From positions 16,597 through 80,596 of the forward strand of contig JBFJCP010000023.1 of the NCBI GenBank assembly GCA_041615815.1: 64,000 nt of DNA, in the 5' to 3' direction. The notes beneath the pieces are model-generated. The model ran no database searches. It was not told the DNA's origin and saw nothing but the letters and a program-made list of their open reading frames with translations. Shown here in pieces: positions 9,815 through 19,537 of the stretch. The translations under genes were made by a program, and so were the position numbers. Position 1 is the first letter of the stretch. Each line of letters starts with the position of its first letter. The DNA comes from Gemmatimonadales bacterium (GTDB lineage: Bacteria > Gemmatimonadota > Gemmatimonadetes > Gemmatimonadales > GWC2-71-9).

Positions 9815-11959
9815 ATGGGTACCGAGACCAAACCGAAGACGTCGCGCCGCTCCAAGCGGACCCCGGCCACACAGCTTGGCAAGGACGAGCTGCTCGAGAT
9901 GTATCGGGTCATGCTCATGTCCCGACGCCTCGACGATAAGGAGATTCAACTCAAGCGCCAAAACCGCATCTTTTTTCAGATCTCGGGTGCCGGTCATGAA
10001 GCCGTCCTGGCAGCTGCCGGCAAGCTGCTAAAGCCAAGCTATGATTGGTTTTACACGTACTATAGGGACCGGGCACTGTGCCTGGCGCTCGGGATGACGC
10101 CCACCGAGATGCTGCTCTCGGCCGTGGCAGCGGCTGACGATCCCAATTCGGGCGGCCGCCAGATGCCGTCGCACTTCGGGCACAGAGAATTGAACATCGT
10201 CAGTGCCTCGAGCCCCACGGGCACGCAGTTTCTCAACGCGGTGGGATGCGCCGAGGCGTGGCTGCGTTATGACCGTATCGAAGACATTCCGGACCGCCAT
10301 ACCCAGATCAAAAAGGACGAGGTAGTGCTTTGCTCGGCTGGCGAAGGCACGACGAGCGAGGGCGAGTTTTGGGAAGCCCTGAACACCGCATCGAATCTCA
10401 AACTCCCGGTCCTCTTCCTGATCGAAGACAATGGCTATGCCATTTCGGTTCCCATTGAGGTGCAGACAGCCGGTGGGTCTGTCTCCAAGCTCGTCGCGAA
10501 CTTCCCGAACATGTTCGTGGAGGAGGTGGACGGGTGTGATCCGCTCGCCTCGTACGACGTCCTGACTCGCGCGGTTCAGTACGTGCGCGCCAGAAAAGGC
10601 CCGGCTTTTGTGCACGCCCACGTGATTCGACCGTACTCTCACTCCTTGTCCGACGACGAGATTGCGTACAAGCCGCCGGAAGAGCGCGATGCGGAAGCCA
10701 AGCGTGATCCGCTCGTTACGTTCCCGGCCCGCCTCGTCGCAGAAGGCCTCGCCACCGACGCGGAGATCGAAGAGATCAAATCGCGCGTCGAAGAAGATAT
10801 CGAGCTGGCCACCGATGTCGCGCTGGCGTCACCGCAACCGGCTGCGGAGACGCTCTACTCCCACGTGTATTCCGGCGAGGTCGATCCGACGGCAGAGCAG
10901 TTTGATACCGAGGACGATCCGCAATTCAGTGGCGATCCCACCACGATGGTGGATTTGTTGAACAACTGCCTGAAGGACGAGATGGAGCGGGATCCGCGGA
11001 TCGTCGTGTTCGGCGAGGATGTGGCCGACGCGTCTCGCGTCCAACACCTGGATCGGGTCAAAGGAAAGGGTGGTGTCTTCAAGGTCACATGGGGTCTCCA
11101 AAAACAATTCGGCGGCGACCGCGTCTACAATTCTCCGTTGGCGGAAGCGAACATCGTGGGGCGTGCAATCGGGCTGGCGACCAGGGGTATCAAACCCGTC
11201 GTCGAAGTGCAGTTCTTCGACTATATCTGGCCCGCCTATCATCAGATTCGCAACGAGCTGGCAACTCTCCGCTGGCGTAGCAATGGAGCGTTCAGCGCCC
11301 CGGTGGTTGTCCGGGTCACGTACGGCGGCTACCTAAAGGGTGGAGCGATCTACCACTCGCAGACGGGAGCTGCCATTTACACGAGCATCCCCGGACTCCG
11401 CGTGGTGTGTCCATCCACCGCCCTGGATGCCAACGGACTGCTCCGCACCGCCATCCGCTGCGAGGACCCCGTCATTTTTCTTGAGCACAAGCACCTGTAT
11501 AGGCAGACGTACAACAAGGCGCCCAATCCCGGTCCCAACTTCATGGTACCGTTTGGCAAGGCCAAGGTGGTCCGCGCAGGGTCGGATCTCACCGTGGTCA
11601 CCTATGGAGCGGTGGTCCAACGAACCATCGCCGCTGCCAAGCAGCTCGAAGAAAGTAGCGGCATCAGTACCGAGGTCATCGATCTCCGATCGCTCAACCC
11701 CGTGGATTGGGAGACAATCAGTGAATCAGTGAAGAAGACGAACAAGGTGATCGTGGCGTATGAGGACGGTCTGTCTTGGGGATACGGTGCGGAGATCGCC
11801 GCGAAGATCGCTGACGAGCTCTTCGCATGGCTGGATGCTCCAGTGCGGCGGGTCGCATCGACGGATACGTTTGTCGCGTATGCGCCGGAACTGGAGGACA
11901 TCATCCTTCCGCAGGTTCCGGATTTGCTGCGAGCGATCGAGGAGATGTATCGGTTCTAG
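9815..11959 (+). CDS. 2-oxoacid (likely branched-chain) dehydrogenase E1, fused alpha/beta subunits
   Basis: TPP-binding GEGTTSEG...[35 protein letters not shown] and EVIDLRSL. Start set at ATG 9815. Confidence 0.92.
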   Translation: MGTETKPKTSRRSKRTPATQLGKDELLEMYRVMLMSRRLDDKEIQLKRQNRIFFQISGAGHEAVLAAAGKLLKPSYDWFYTYYRDRALCLALGMTPTEMLLSAVAAADDPNSGGRQMPSHFGHRELNIVSASSPTGTQFLNAVGCAEAWLRYDRIEDIPDRHTQIKKDEVVLCSAGEGTTSEGEFWEALNTASNLKLPVLFLIEDNGYAISVPIEVQTAGGSVSKLVANFPNMFVEEVDGCDPLASYDVLTRAVQYVRARKGPAFVHAHVIRPYSHSLSDDEIAYKPPEERDAEAKRDPLVTFPARLVAEGLATDAEIEEIKSRVEEDIELATDVALASPQPAAETLYSHVYSGEVDPTAEQFDTEDDPQFSGDPTTMVDLLNNCLKDEMERDPRIVVFGEDVADASRVQHLDRVKGKGGVFKVTWGLQKQFGGDRVYNSPLAEANIVGRAIGLATRGIKPVVEVQFFDYIWPAYHQIRNELATLRWRSNGAFSAPVVVRVTYGGYLKGGAIYHSQTGAAIYTSIPGLRVVCPSTALDANGLLRTAIRCEDPVIFLEHKHLYRQTYNKAPNPGPNFMVPFGKAKVVRAGSDLTVVTYGAVVQRTIAAAKQLEESSGISTEVIDLRSLNPVDWETISESVKKTNKVIVAYEDGLSWGYGAEIAAKIADELFAWLDAPVRRVASTDTFVAYAPELEDIILPQVPDLLRAIEEMYRF

Positions 11960-11980
11960 TCGTGCAGACAGAATGGAAAG

Positions 11981-12022
11981 GAAGAGGCGGATGCGCCCAG
12001 TGCTGGGCCCATCCGCCTCTTC
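11981..12022. terminator. Strong hairpin between convergent genes, probably a bidirectional terminator
   Basis: GAAGAGGCGGATG...CATCCGCCTCTTC is a perfect 13-bp stem, with an inner GCCCAG/CTGGGC stem. Confidence 0.7.
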
Positions 12023-12043
12023 GTTCCGGGGCACCGGCGACGC

Positions 12044-13921
12044 TTACATGCGGCCGAGTGCCTGTTTGATTTCACTGGCCGCGTCGATCGCCGCCTCTAC
12101 ATCGATTTGGAGCGCCCGCGCCTGCTGTGTGGCCGATGTCAAGTCGTCCAACACAGCGGCCACCCCTGCGGAACGCAGCCGCAGGAGGTCGAAGCGGACG
12201 TTCTGCACGGCCAAGACGCACGATTCGAACTGCGCTTCGACAGTGGAACGGCGTGCCACTAACTCGGCCAGGGTATCCCGCTGACGCCGGAGGAGATCGA
12301 GCCGTCGGTCGGACTCTGCGTCCGCGCCACCCTCCTCCAGCTGGCGAATGCGCTGTTCGAGCCGGTGCAGCCCGTCGTCGTCCACGTCCCCCTCCATCTG
12401 GTGCAGCGTGCGAGCCAGCTCTATGGCGCGGCCGACCAGCGAGTCGACGGTCGGTACGACGTCGGGCAACATCTCCTGCTCAGACGAAGGCAGGCGTTGA
12501 ATGATCTGTATCACCGCGCCGCGGTCACGTTGCATCTGCTGCATCTGCCCGGCCAGCTTGCCGAATTCGCCGGACGTGGGTTCGACGATGCGTGCGGGGG
12601 GCAGTCGCTGCACGTCCCCGGCCGGCGGTGGAAGTGCATCCGGTGCTGGTGGTCGGTTGAGCACGTCCCGCATGCTGTATCCATCCGACCAGAGCTTGCC
12701 GTACTGAGAGGCCAAGCCGATCCCCCATCCGATAGCGGGAAAGAGGAACCACGGCGTCGTGATGCCCGGGAGGATGATGTTCAACAAGAGCAGGCCACCG
12801 TTCACCGACACGTACGAGGCGAAGTTGGCGCGGAATTTTCGAACCACGACGGGCTCCCCCGTCTCGTGCAGCTCGCGACGCTCGCTGGGCTTAGGTGCCT
12901 CCTGCCGCTTGCTTGGCCGACTCGGCCGGCGACCGCTGCGGTCTTCTTCGAACCAATCCCACCATTCGCGGTCCTTGGGCCGTGACGGACGGGGTCGGTC
13001 CGACGGACGGCGAGATCGCCGGCGGGACAGTGGAGAGCGCGGCCGATACCGGACTGCAGAGCGGTTCTCGAGCGACCGCCGGAGGGAGTCGGCAGTGGGC
13101 CAACGATCCTCCGGGTCCTTTTCCAGGCACCGGAGGATCGTCACCGCAAGGTCTTCAGGACAGTCCGCGCGGATCTCGGTAATCTCGGGGACGGGCTCGG
13201 TGATTTGCTTCATGAGCATGCCGGCGACCGTCGGAGCCTTGAACGGCACTTCACCGGTGAGCATCTCATAACCCAACACACCGAGACTGTAGATGTCGCT
13301 CCGCGCATCGATCTCGCGGTCTCCGGCTGCCTGCTCGGGACTCATGTAGGCGGGCGTGCCGATCGCGACCCCGGTTCCGGTCAGCGTCGCGGGGCTCATT
13401 CCCGACACCGCCTTCGCGATTCCAAAGTCGGTGACCATGACACGGCGGCGGGTCCCCTCCAGGAGTACGTTGTCTGGCTTGATGTCACGGTGGACGACAC
13501 CCATCGCGTGGGCGAGGCCGAGGGCATCGGCCGTCTCTTTCAGGATTCGACGCACTTCCTCGGCCGGAAGGCGTTCACGACGCCGCAGGCGCGCAGCCAG
13601 CGACTCTCCATCCACGAAACCCATGACGAAATACACGAGTCCCTGGTCTTCGCCGACGGCGTGAATGGGCACGATGTGGGGGTGCGAAAGACGGGCGGCG
13701 GTTTGCGCCTCCCGGATGAAACGCTTCCGGATCTCCTCCCGATACGCGAGCTCGGGCGGGAGTACCTTGATGGCGACGCGACGTCTGAGCTTTAGGTCCC
13801 GTGCACTATAGACGATTCCCATGCCCCCGCGGCCGATTTCGCCTTCGACGACGTACGCCCCCGCGAGGGCCTCCGCCAATCGTTCGGCGACGGGGCCCAA
13901 CTTTCCCTCGTCCATTGGCAT
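12044..13921 (-). CDS. Hanks-type Ser/Thr protein kinase with a 2TM membrane hairpin and a C-terminal coiled coil
   Basis: GRGGMG, VAIK, HRDIKPDN, DFG and GTPAYMSPE; hydrophobic segment YVSVNGGLLLLNIILPGITTPWFLFPAIGWGIGLA; long helical tail. Confidence 0.9.
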   Translation of the reverse strand: MPMDEGKLGPVAERLAEALAGAYVVEGEIGRGGMGIVYSARDLKLRRRVAIKVLPPELAYREEIRKRFIREAQTAARLSHPHIVPIHAVGEDQGLVYFVMGFVDGESLAARLRRRERLPAEEVRRILKETADALGLAHAMGVVHRDIKPDNVLLEGTRRRVMVTDFGIAKAVSGMSPATLTGTGVAIGTPAYMSPEQAAGDREIDARSDIYSLGVLGYEMLTGEVPFKAPTVAGMLMKQITEPVPEITEIRADCPEDLAVTILRCLEKDPEDRWPTADSLRRSLENRSAVRYRPRSPLSRRRSRRPSDRPRPSRPKDREWWDWFEEDRSGRRPSRPSKRQEAPKPSERRELHETGEPVVVRKFRANFASYVSVNGGLLLLNIILPGITTPWFLFPAIGWGIGLASQYGKLWSDGYSMRDVLNRPPAPDALPPPAGDVQRLPPARIVEPTSGEFGKLAGQMQQMQRDRGAVIQIIQRLPSSEQEMLPDVVPTVDSLVGRAIELARTLHQMEGDVDDDGLHRLEQRIRQLEEGGADAESDRRLDLLRRQRDTLAELVARRSTVEAQFESCVLAVQNVRFDLLRLRSAGVAAVLDDLTSATQQARALQIDVEAAIDAASEIKQALGRM

Positions 13922-13998
13922 CCGCTCCCGACCGACGGTAGATTAACGTTGCGCTAACCCACTGGCAACCGGCGAGCTACACTCTTGCGAGGACCGCG

Positions 13999-14244
13999 AT
14001 GCGCTGGGTAACCGACGACGCCGGACGACGCTGGTGCGTGGAACGTGTCGGACGCACGTCGGGCATGATACCGCCCAAGAAGAGCACGACCACGTTCCCC
14101 GAGCCAGCTGATATCGTGCGCTTCAGCTGCGAGTCGGATCACGCAGAAGCGTCGCGCGAAGTCACCACGCGTGCGGGCCTCCTCGAGCAGCTGACCGATA
14201 GCGAGCTCAAGGCTCTGCTTAACATCGCCCCCAAAGCACCCTAG
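13999..14244 (+). CDS. Hypothetical protein
   Basis: GAGGA RBS before the ATG; 81 aa with protein-like composition. Confidence 0.65.
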   Translation: MRWVTDDAGRRWCVERVGRTSGMIPPKKSTTTFPEPADIVRFSCESDHAEASREVTTRAGLLEQLTDSELKALLNIAPKAP

Positions 14245-14366
14245 AAGACCCCGTCTCTCCACGCCCCAAGCCACGCCATTCTGGCAGTCATGCCATTTGA
14301 CGGGTCCAAATGGCAGGAACAGTGCACCTATCGGCGGTGTTTTGTAGCAGTACGGACTGATTCAGG

Positions 14367-14381
14367 TGGCACAATAGGTGC
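14367..14381 (+). promoter_or_regulatory. Sigma54-type -24/-12 promoter upstream of lon
   Basis: TGGCACAATAGGTGC has GG-N10-GC spacing. A second, weaker match TGGCAGGAACAGTGCA lies at 14311-14326. Confidence 0.55.
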
Positions 14382-14443
14382 CCCGTTGGAAGTCGGCACG
14401 AGCGACTTCTAGACCCGCGTGCGATTGGGGGGACGAATCGACA

Positions 14444-16891
14444 ATGCCTGATACCAAAACCCAGCGGGTGCGTTTGCCCGTTCTGCCTCTGCGGGACATG
14501 GTGCTCTTTCCGGGGGTGACGGCCCCGATTGGTGCTGGACGGCCGGGCACGCTCCGCGCGATCGAGGCATCGCTCAAGCGAGAGGATCGGCTGATCTTCA
14601 CGGTGGCTCAGCGCGACAACATCGAGCAGGTCAAGCCAGAAGGTTTGCACACCACGGGAACCGTTGCCCGGATTGGCCAGGCGCAACGCGGACTCGGTGG
14701 AGTCCAGCTCCTCATTCACGGGGAGTACCGGGCGAGCGTCCTGCACTACAACGAGACCGAGGGCTATCTGGAAGCCGTCGTATACGAAGCGCCCGACCTC
14801 GCTCCCTTATCCGAAGACGACGCAGCATTCCTCGCCTTACACAAGGAAGTGCGAGAACAGGCGGCGGCGTTGGGGGAGAAGACGGGTCTGCCCGAGGACG
14901 TCGTGCAACAGGTGCTCGAAAGCGTGTCGGACCCGGGGCGGTTTGCGGATCTGGTGGCTGGGTATGTCGATGTTCCCGCTGCGGATCGGCAAGCGCTCTT
15001 GGAGACGCGAGGAGTCGAAGAGCGTTTGCGGCGCGTGCTGGTGCACGTACAGCGCCAGGTCCAGCTCCTCGAGGCTCAGGAAGACATCAAGTCCAAGGTC
15101 CAGGAGGAGCTGGGAGAGCGGCAGCGCGAGATGTTTCTTCGCGAGCAGCTCAAGGCTATTCGGAAAGAGCTTGGTGACGACGACGCCGATGCGGACATCG
15201 AAGAGCTTCGCGAGCGGCTCGAACAACTCGACCTTCCAGAAGAGGCGCGTGTGGAGGTCGAGCGGGAGCTCGGCCGCCTCGAGCGAACGCCCAGGGAATC
15301 CATGGAAGCGCAGGTCGTTCGTACATTTCTCGAGACCATCGCTGAGCTGCCGTGGAATGCACGTTCCACGGATCACCTCGATCTCGCGCGTGCAGCGGAG
15401 ATCTTGGATGAGGATCACTACGGACTCCAGGATGTCAAAGATCGTATCCTGGAGTTTCTCGCCGTGCGCCACCTGCGCCATCAGCGAAGCGATGGCAACG
15501 GCGGTGCTCAAATCCCCGGCAACGAAGACGACCGAGGTCCCAAGGGATCGATTCTCTTATTCATCGGCCCCCCGGGCGTTGGAAAGACGTCGGTGGCCAA
15601 GTCCATTGCGCGGGCGATGGGCCGCAAATACGTCCGGATCTCACTCGGCGGGGCACGCGACGAGGCTGACATCCGAGGGCACCGTCGGACTTACGTGGGC
15701 GCCATGCCCGGCCGGATCATTCAGGGGATGAAGCGGGCGGGGACCAAGAACCCGGTCTTTCTGCTCGACGAGGTGGACAAACTCGGTGTGTCGTTCCAAG
15801 GGGATCCCGCGTCGGCGTTGCTCGAAGTGCTGGACCCAGCGCAAAACGACAGTTTCACTGATCACTACCTCGGGGTGCCGTTCGATTTGTCCGAGGTGAT
15901 GTTCATCGCCACGGCCAATTTCCGAATGAACATTCCGGAGCCGCTGCTGGACCGAATGGAGGTCGTGGATTTTGCCGGCTACACCGAGCGCGAAAAACTG
16001 GCCATTGCCCGGCGTTACTTGTTGCCGCGACAGAAGACGGAAGCTGGCCTGGATCACAATGAGCTCGACCTTACTGACGACGCTGTTCGCGAGGTCATCT
16101 CCCGCTACACACGCGAGGCGGGAGTGCGCCAGCTCGAACGGGAGCTCGGGAAAGTGGCGCGCAAGGTTGCCCGGAGAATTGCCGGTGGTGAGGTGGATCA
16201 AGCAACGATTTCGAGGACAGCGGTTGCTGACCTGCTGGGCCGCCCTACGGTCCACCCCGAACATGCTTCGGAAGAAGATCAGGTTGGTATCGCCACGGGC
16301 GTCTACTATACGCCAGTGGGCGGAGACATCATGTTCGTAGAGGTTTCGGTGATGAAGGGCAAGGAGAACCTGGTGCTCACCGGTCACCTTGGCGACGTCA
16401 TGAAGGAATCGGCGCGGGCAGCGTTGACCTATGCGAAGTCGCACGCCCAAGATCTGGGTATTCCGGCAGACATGTTCGCGGATAAGGATATCCATATCCA
16501 CGTTCCCGCTGGTGCAATCCCCAAGGACGGCCCATCAGCAGGTGTGACGATGGCCACCGCCCTGGTGAGTGCGCTGTCCGGCATTCCGGTCCGTCACGAC
16601 GTGGCGATGACCGGCGAGATCACGCTCTCCGGCCGCGTGTTGCCGATCGGCGGCGTGAAGGAAAAGGTGCTTGGCGCTTGCCGGGCCGGCATCACCAACA
16701 TCGTTCTGCCCAAGGACAACCTTCCGGCGCTCGATGATTTGAATGCGGATGAGCGGGCCAGGATCACGGTACACGCAGTCGAGACCCTGGGGGACGTGCT
16801 GACGGCGGCGCTGGTTCGACGGCCGACCCGTACCATCTCGACGACGGTCGAGACGGACGGTGAGGTTGGCCTGGTGCCGAGTAAGAACTAG
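14444..16891 (+). CDS. lon: ATP-dependent Lon protease
   Basis: LPLRDMVLFPG N-domain, Walker A GPPGVGKT, GHRRTYVGAMPG, LLDEVDK, catalytic PKDGPSAG and GGVKEK. Confidence 0.97.
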   Translation: MPDTKTQRVRLPVLPLRDMVLFPGVTAPIGAGRPGTLRAIEASLKREDRLIFTVAQRDNIEQVKPEGLHTTGTVARIGQAQRGLGGVQLLIHGEYRASVLHYNETEGYLEAVVYEAPDLAPLSEDDAAFLALHKEVREQAAALGEKTGLPEDVVQQVLESVSDPGRFADLVAGYVDVPAADRQALLETRGVEERLRRVLVHVQRQVQLLEAQEDIKSKVQEELGERQREMFLREQLKAIRKELGDDDADADIEELRERLEQLDLPEEARVEVERELGRLERTPRESMEAQVVRTFLETIAELPWNARSTDHLDLARAAEILDEDHYGLQDVKDRILEFLAVRHLRHQRSDGNGGAQIPGNEDDRGPKGSILLFIGPPGVGKTSVAKSIARAMGRKYVRISLGGARDEADIRGHRRTYVGAMPGRIIQGMKRAGTKNPVFLLDEVDKLGVSFQGDPASALLEVLDPAQNDSFTDHYLGVPFDLSEVMFIATANFRMNIPEPLLDRMEVVDFAGYTEREKLAIARRYLLPRQKTEAGLDHNELDLTDDAVREVISRYTREAGVRQLERELGKVARKVARRIAGGEVDQATISRTAVADLLGRPTVHPEHASEEDQVGIATGVYYTPVGGDIMFVEVSVMKGKENLVLTGHLGDVMKESARAALTYAKSHAQDLGIPADMFADKDIHIHVPAGAIPKDGPSAGVTMATALVSALSGIPVRHDVAMTGEITLSGRVLPIGGVKEKVLGACRAGITNIVLPKDNLPALDDLNADERARITVHAVETLGDVLTAALVRRPTRTISTTVETDGEVGLVPSKN

Positions 16892-16899
16892 CCGCCCCT

Positions 16900-17487
16900 T
16901 TACCAGGAGAGTGAGCGCACGATCAGTTCACAGGACCGCTCCAACCATTCGGCCCGGTGCGCGTGTACCGGGCCGCTTGTTGCCTCCTCGAACGCCAGAT
17001 ATCCCAACACGAGGGCCACGCCCTGACGCGCTGCCAGATCCGGATCTACGTCGTCTCGGAAATAACCCAGCCCCTGCCCTTCGGATATCGCCGCTCCCAG
17101 ATCGATGATCAAACGCCGCACCATACCGCCCATACGGCTGGTGCGGGTTCGCCTGGACTCTGCCAGATCGCGCAACAGGAGTCCAACCAGATTCGGGTCG
17201 TCAGCCAAGGACTGATAGACGCTACCGAGCAACCGGCGAATCCGGTCCACCGGTTTCGTTCCCCTCAACTGTTGCGGATCGCCAAAAGAGGCGTCGGCGC
17301 TCTGCAAAACCGCGTCGTAGAGCCCGCGCTTTGATCCGAAGTAGTAGTGAATAAGCTGCTTGTTGACCCCAGCGCGCTCGGCAATGCCCGCGGTCCTGGC
17401 ACCGGCGTAGCCGCGAATCGAAAACTCCTCCCGGGCAGCTCTGAGGATCAGATCTCGCCGTGAGGTCGTAGCTACAGAACCCCCCAC
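16900..17487 (-). CDS. TetR/AcrR family transcriptional regulator
   Basis: ILRAAREEFSIRGYAGARTAGIAERAGVNKQLIHYYFGSK helix-turn-helix. Confidence 0.9.
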   Translation of the reverse strand: MGGSVATTSRRDLILRAAREEFSIRGYAGARTAGIAERAGVNKQLIHYYFGSKRGLYDAVLQSADASFGDPQQLRGTKPVDRIRRLLGSVYQSLADDPNLVGLLLRDLAESRRTRTSRMGGMVRRLIIDLGAAISEGQGLGYFRDDVDPDLAARQGVALVLGYLAFEEATSGPVHAHRAEWLERSCELIVRSLSW

Positions 17488-17491
17488 TATT

Positions 17492-17509
17492 CAGTCAACC
17501 GGTTGATTG
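17492..17509. promoter_or_regulatory. Palindromic operator, probably TetR autoregulatory
   Basis: CAGTCAACCGGTTGATTG is an 18-bp palindrome with one mismatched pair, immediately upstream of the TetR start. Confidence 0.6.
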
Positions 17510-17551
17510 GCATAGGCAAAGCTGCCATCCCATCTGACTCGCGTCAAGACG

Positions 17552-18265
17552 CTAAAAGGCTTGGAGATGAGTCTCAAAATGGGCAAGGGCAGTCCACACG
17601 CTTCCAACGACGAGGGAGTCCGACGTCCAATGGCCCATGAGGTCTTGATTGTCGATATGGGCGAGTACCGCCGTCCGCTCGGCAGCAAGCACGGCCACCG
17701 CGCCCCCAAAACGCTCAGCCACCACGGGAAGCGGGATCCACCCTTCAACTGGAGTCGCCGGCTGGCCCGCGAGCTCGCCCAATGCCCACAGCCGCGTGGG
17801 TGTGCCATCCTGGGCGCGCTTTCTCCAGATTGGGGCCAGCACTTCTATGAGACCCTGAGGAGCCAGGGCGATGATCTGTCCGGGCGCCCGCACCGTCGTT
17901 CGCAAGGCCACCTGCTCGAATGCCCGGCGTCCCACCAGAGGGACAATGGTCTCGGCCCCCTCGTCCGGATGTTCGAACACCTGTTGCTCAAACTCGTCCA
18001 GTTCCTCGATCTGGCGACGAGTGATCAGGGCTAAGAGGCTCCGCGGACTGATGGCCCGAAAGAGCTTCGGAGGTCCGCGATCGGTTTCGACGGCTGCACC
18101 TTTAGCCACCAAGCCGTGGAGTGCCTGATAGGTGTTCGCTCGAGCCAGGCTCAAGAGCTTGCTCACGCGATAGCCCGAGGATGCACCGCCGTCCAGCAAG
18201 GCAGCGTAGACCGTGCTCTCGGTTGGGGTGAATCCGAATGGGGTGAGATCGATTGTGCGAGGCAT
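17552..18265 (-). CDS. TrmB family transcriptional regulator
   Basis: FGFTPTESTVYAALL...ARANTYQALHGLVAKG winged HTH. Start set at ATG 18265. Confidence 0.85.
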   Translation of the reverse strand: MPRTIDLTPFGFTPTESTVYAALLDGGASSGYRVSKLLSLARANTYQALHGLVAKGAAVETDRGPPKLFRAISPRSLLALITRRQIEELDEFEQQVFEHPDEGAETIVPLVGRRAFEQVALRTTVRAPGQIIALAPQGLIEVLAPIWRKRAQDGTPTRLWALGELAGQPATPVEGWIPLPVVAERFGGAVAVLAAERTAVLAHIDNQDLMGHWTSDSLVVGSVWTALAHFETHLQAF

Positions 18266-18266
18266 G

Positions 18267-18286
18267 GTAGTTGTGAATACAACTAC
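18267..18286. promoter_or_regulatory. Palindromic operator abutting the TrmB start codon
   Basis: GTAGTTGT-GAAT-ACAACTAC has perfect 8-bp arms and is AT-rich against a GC-rich background. Confidence 0.6.
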
Positions 18287-18327
18287 TATACTATGCTCCG
18301 GTTGGCAACTGTACTGTCTCTGGCAAC

Positions 18328-19500
18328 CTACACGACGTAATCGAGTTCCCAGCCGGCCAGCTGTGCCAGAAGAGCAAGCCGAAACGTGACGTCCGCCTTC
18401 CGACGCTCGAGCGTCTTGGCATCCGACTCGAGCGGCAATGCGAAGTCTGCCAAACCGGAGGCGCTCTTGGGGATGGCCCGCAAGTTTTTGGGGTTCCACA
18501 CCCCGCTCTCATCGCAATCTTTGAGCAGCCGAACGAGGACGCGCTGCGCCATAGCCGACTTCTCCAACATTCCAAGGCGGATCACGAGCTCGATCCAATG
18601 CAGAGCGAACGGCAGATCCTTGGGCCGCCCCGAGCTATCGGCTTGTAGCGGATCCCCCAGCAGGTGGAAGATCGGCTTGATCACTTTGCGCCCGATCTGA
18701 ATCACGTAGGTCCGGCGCCCCGCCGGCTTGGTGAGAAACGCTCCGAGCCGGTCGAGGAACCCGGCCCGCTCGCGCTGCAGATTGGGCATGTAGGCAATCA
18801 TCGCGACCGAAAAGAGTGTCGGGGGATGCGCCTCCGGATGGAGAATGTTGCGCGAACCCTTGCGGACGATCGGTTTCTCCGCGAGTTCACTCCGGAGAAA
18901 CTGCGAGATTGCCGTGGCGATCCGATGTGCCGAACCCCGGTTTCGCGGATCGTCCGCCTGGCCGGCCTGCGCGAGCGCCGCAGTCGCAGCCTCACGCATG
19001 AGGTCTCGCGCCCAAATCCCAAGCGCGGGATTCGCCTTTGCTGCCTTTTGGTATTCGAAGGAGAGGGCCGGGTCGGTGTCGCGTGACAGGATCCGATAGA
19101 ATACGCGGTCGGTGAGTCGAAATGCACGCACGTCCCGCGGCACCCCCAGCTCGAGCAGATGGCGGTACTGAGCCACCGTTCCGACGTCTCTGATTCCCTG
19201 CGCCTTGGCGGGAGCGATTCCGAGAATGTTCGCGGCCCAGACCCCGTCGTCTTTTTGTTTCTTGAGAGTCTGAGAGACGCGTTTGTAATCCAACAGCTCC
19301 GAGCGGAGCTGCTCGATGTCGGCTTCGGTGGCGGACCCCTGCGGGAGGATCTCGGTCACCGTTCGCCACCGAATCGGTGCGCAGGCGTGGTCTCGGATCC
19401 AACCGACCGGCACGCGGTGCGTTGTTGGCAGCTCCAGCGTCAGCTCCCGTCCGCCGATATGAAGGTGGGATTCGGGCGAGAAATTACCGAGTTTCACCAC
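18328..19500 (-). CDS. Conserved hypothetical protein (possible alpha/alpha-barrel, prenyltransferase-like repeats)
   Basis: 390 aa ORF; the segments KKQKDDGVW and DCDESGVW resemble QW-type repeats. Confidence 0.7.
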   Translation of the reverse strand: MVKLGNFSPESHLHIGGRELTLELPTTHRVPVGWIRDHACAPIRWRTVTEILPQGSATEADIEQLRSELLDYKRVSQTLKKQKDDGVWAANILGIAPAKAQGIRDVGTVAQYRHLLELGVPRDVRAFRLTDRVFYRILSRDTDPALSFEYQKAAKANPALGIWARDLMREAATAALAQAGQADDPRNRGSAHRIATAISQFLRSELAEKPIVRKGSRNILHPEAHPPTLFSVAMIAYMPNLQRERAGFLDRLGAFLTKPAGRRTYVIQIGRKVIKPIFHLLGDPLQADSSGRPKDLPFALHWIELVIRLGMLEKSAMAQRVLVRLLKDCDESGVWNPKNLRAIPKSASGLADFALPLESDAKTLERRKADVTFRLALLAQLAGWELDYVV

Positions 19501-19537
19501 AATAGGCCAGTACGACCTGTAATCTGTTTATTGACAA

